A DNA stretch of 62,688 nucleotides, the filler included, from Choristocarpus tenellus KU-1152 (Eukaryota; Protista; Phaeophyceae), in NCBI GenBank assembly GCA_964200185.2. It is 10 parts of 10 records of this genome, joined end to end, with 100 filler letters (N's around TTAATTAATTAA, not from the genome) between each part and the next. Parts side by side here need not be neighbours in the genome. Positions count along the whole stretch, not along the records: positions 58,590 to 62,688 come from CAXNAD020016220.1; 9 more parts are not named here. The stretch is one strand, 5' to 3'. The translations under genes were made by a program, and so were the position numbers. The stretch's first letter is position 1; every line of letters starts with the position of its first letter. The notes beneath the pieces were generated by a model. It was not told the DNA's origin, ran no database searches, and saw only the letters and a program-made list of their open reading frames with translations. This document shows, one piece after another, positions 62,669 to 62,688 of the stretch.

Positions 62669-62688
62669 TCTATCATTGTCAAGGGACC

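Overview
Eukaryotic, intron-rich (GT-AG) genomic DNA, most likely a photosynthetic stramenopile (brown alga or relative). The basis is the EsV-1-7 and FNIP repeat proteins, TTAGGG telomeric repeats, a plastid-type ABC1 kinase and the flagellar-associated genes WDR17 and CCP. The window is not contiguous: ten contigs are joined by nine artificial 100-bp N-TTAATTAATTAA-N linkers. Most ORF-track entries are exon fragments or noise, so I spliced genes by hand. Recovered genes: a frameshifted Sola-like (DUF7869-type) transposase; WDR17-like; cytosolic carboxypeptidase; an intronless FNIP-repeat gene; an EsV-1-7 repeat gene; a divergent proteasome alpha subunit with a signal-like N-extension; ABCG and ABC1-kinase fragments; and an aldo-keto reductase. 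The standout is a complete 9-exon gene (50212-54975) that fuses a phage-type thymidine-hypermodification domain (aGPT-Pplase1) to a PHD finger, a candidate chromatin-targeted DNA base-modifying enzyme. Non-coding highlights are two or three related MITE families sharing an AAAGTATCT TIR core, a tandem array of duplicated splice acceptors, a ~270-bp-arm intronic hairpin with TTAGGG in its loop, and clustered interstitial telomere repeats. Family calls come from motif recognition, not database searches.
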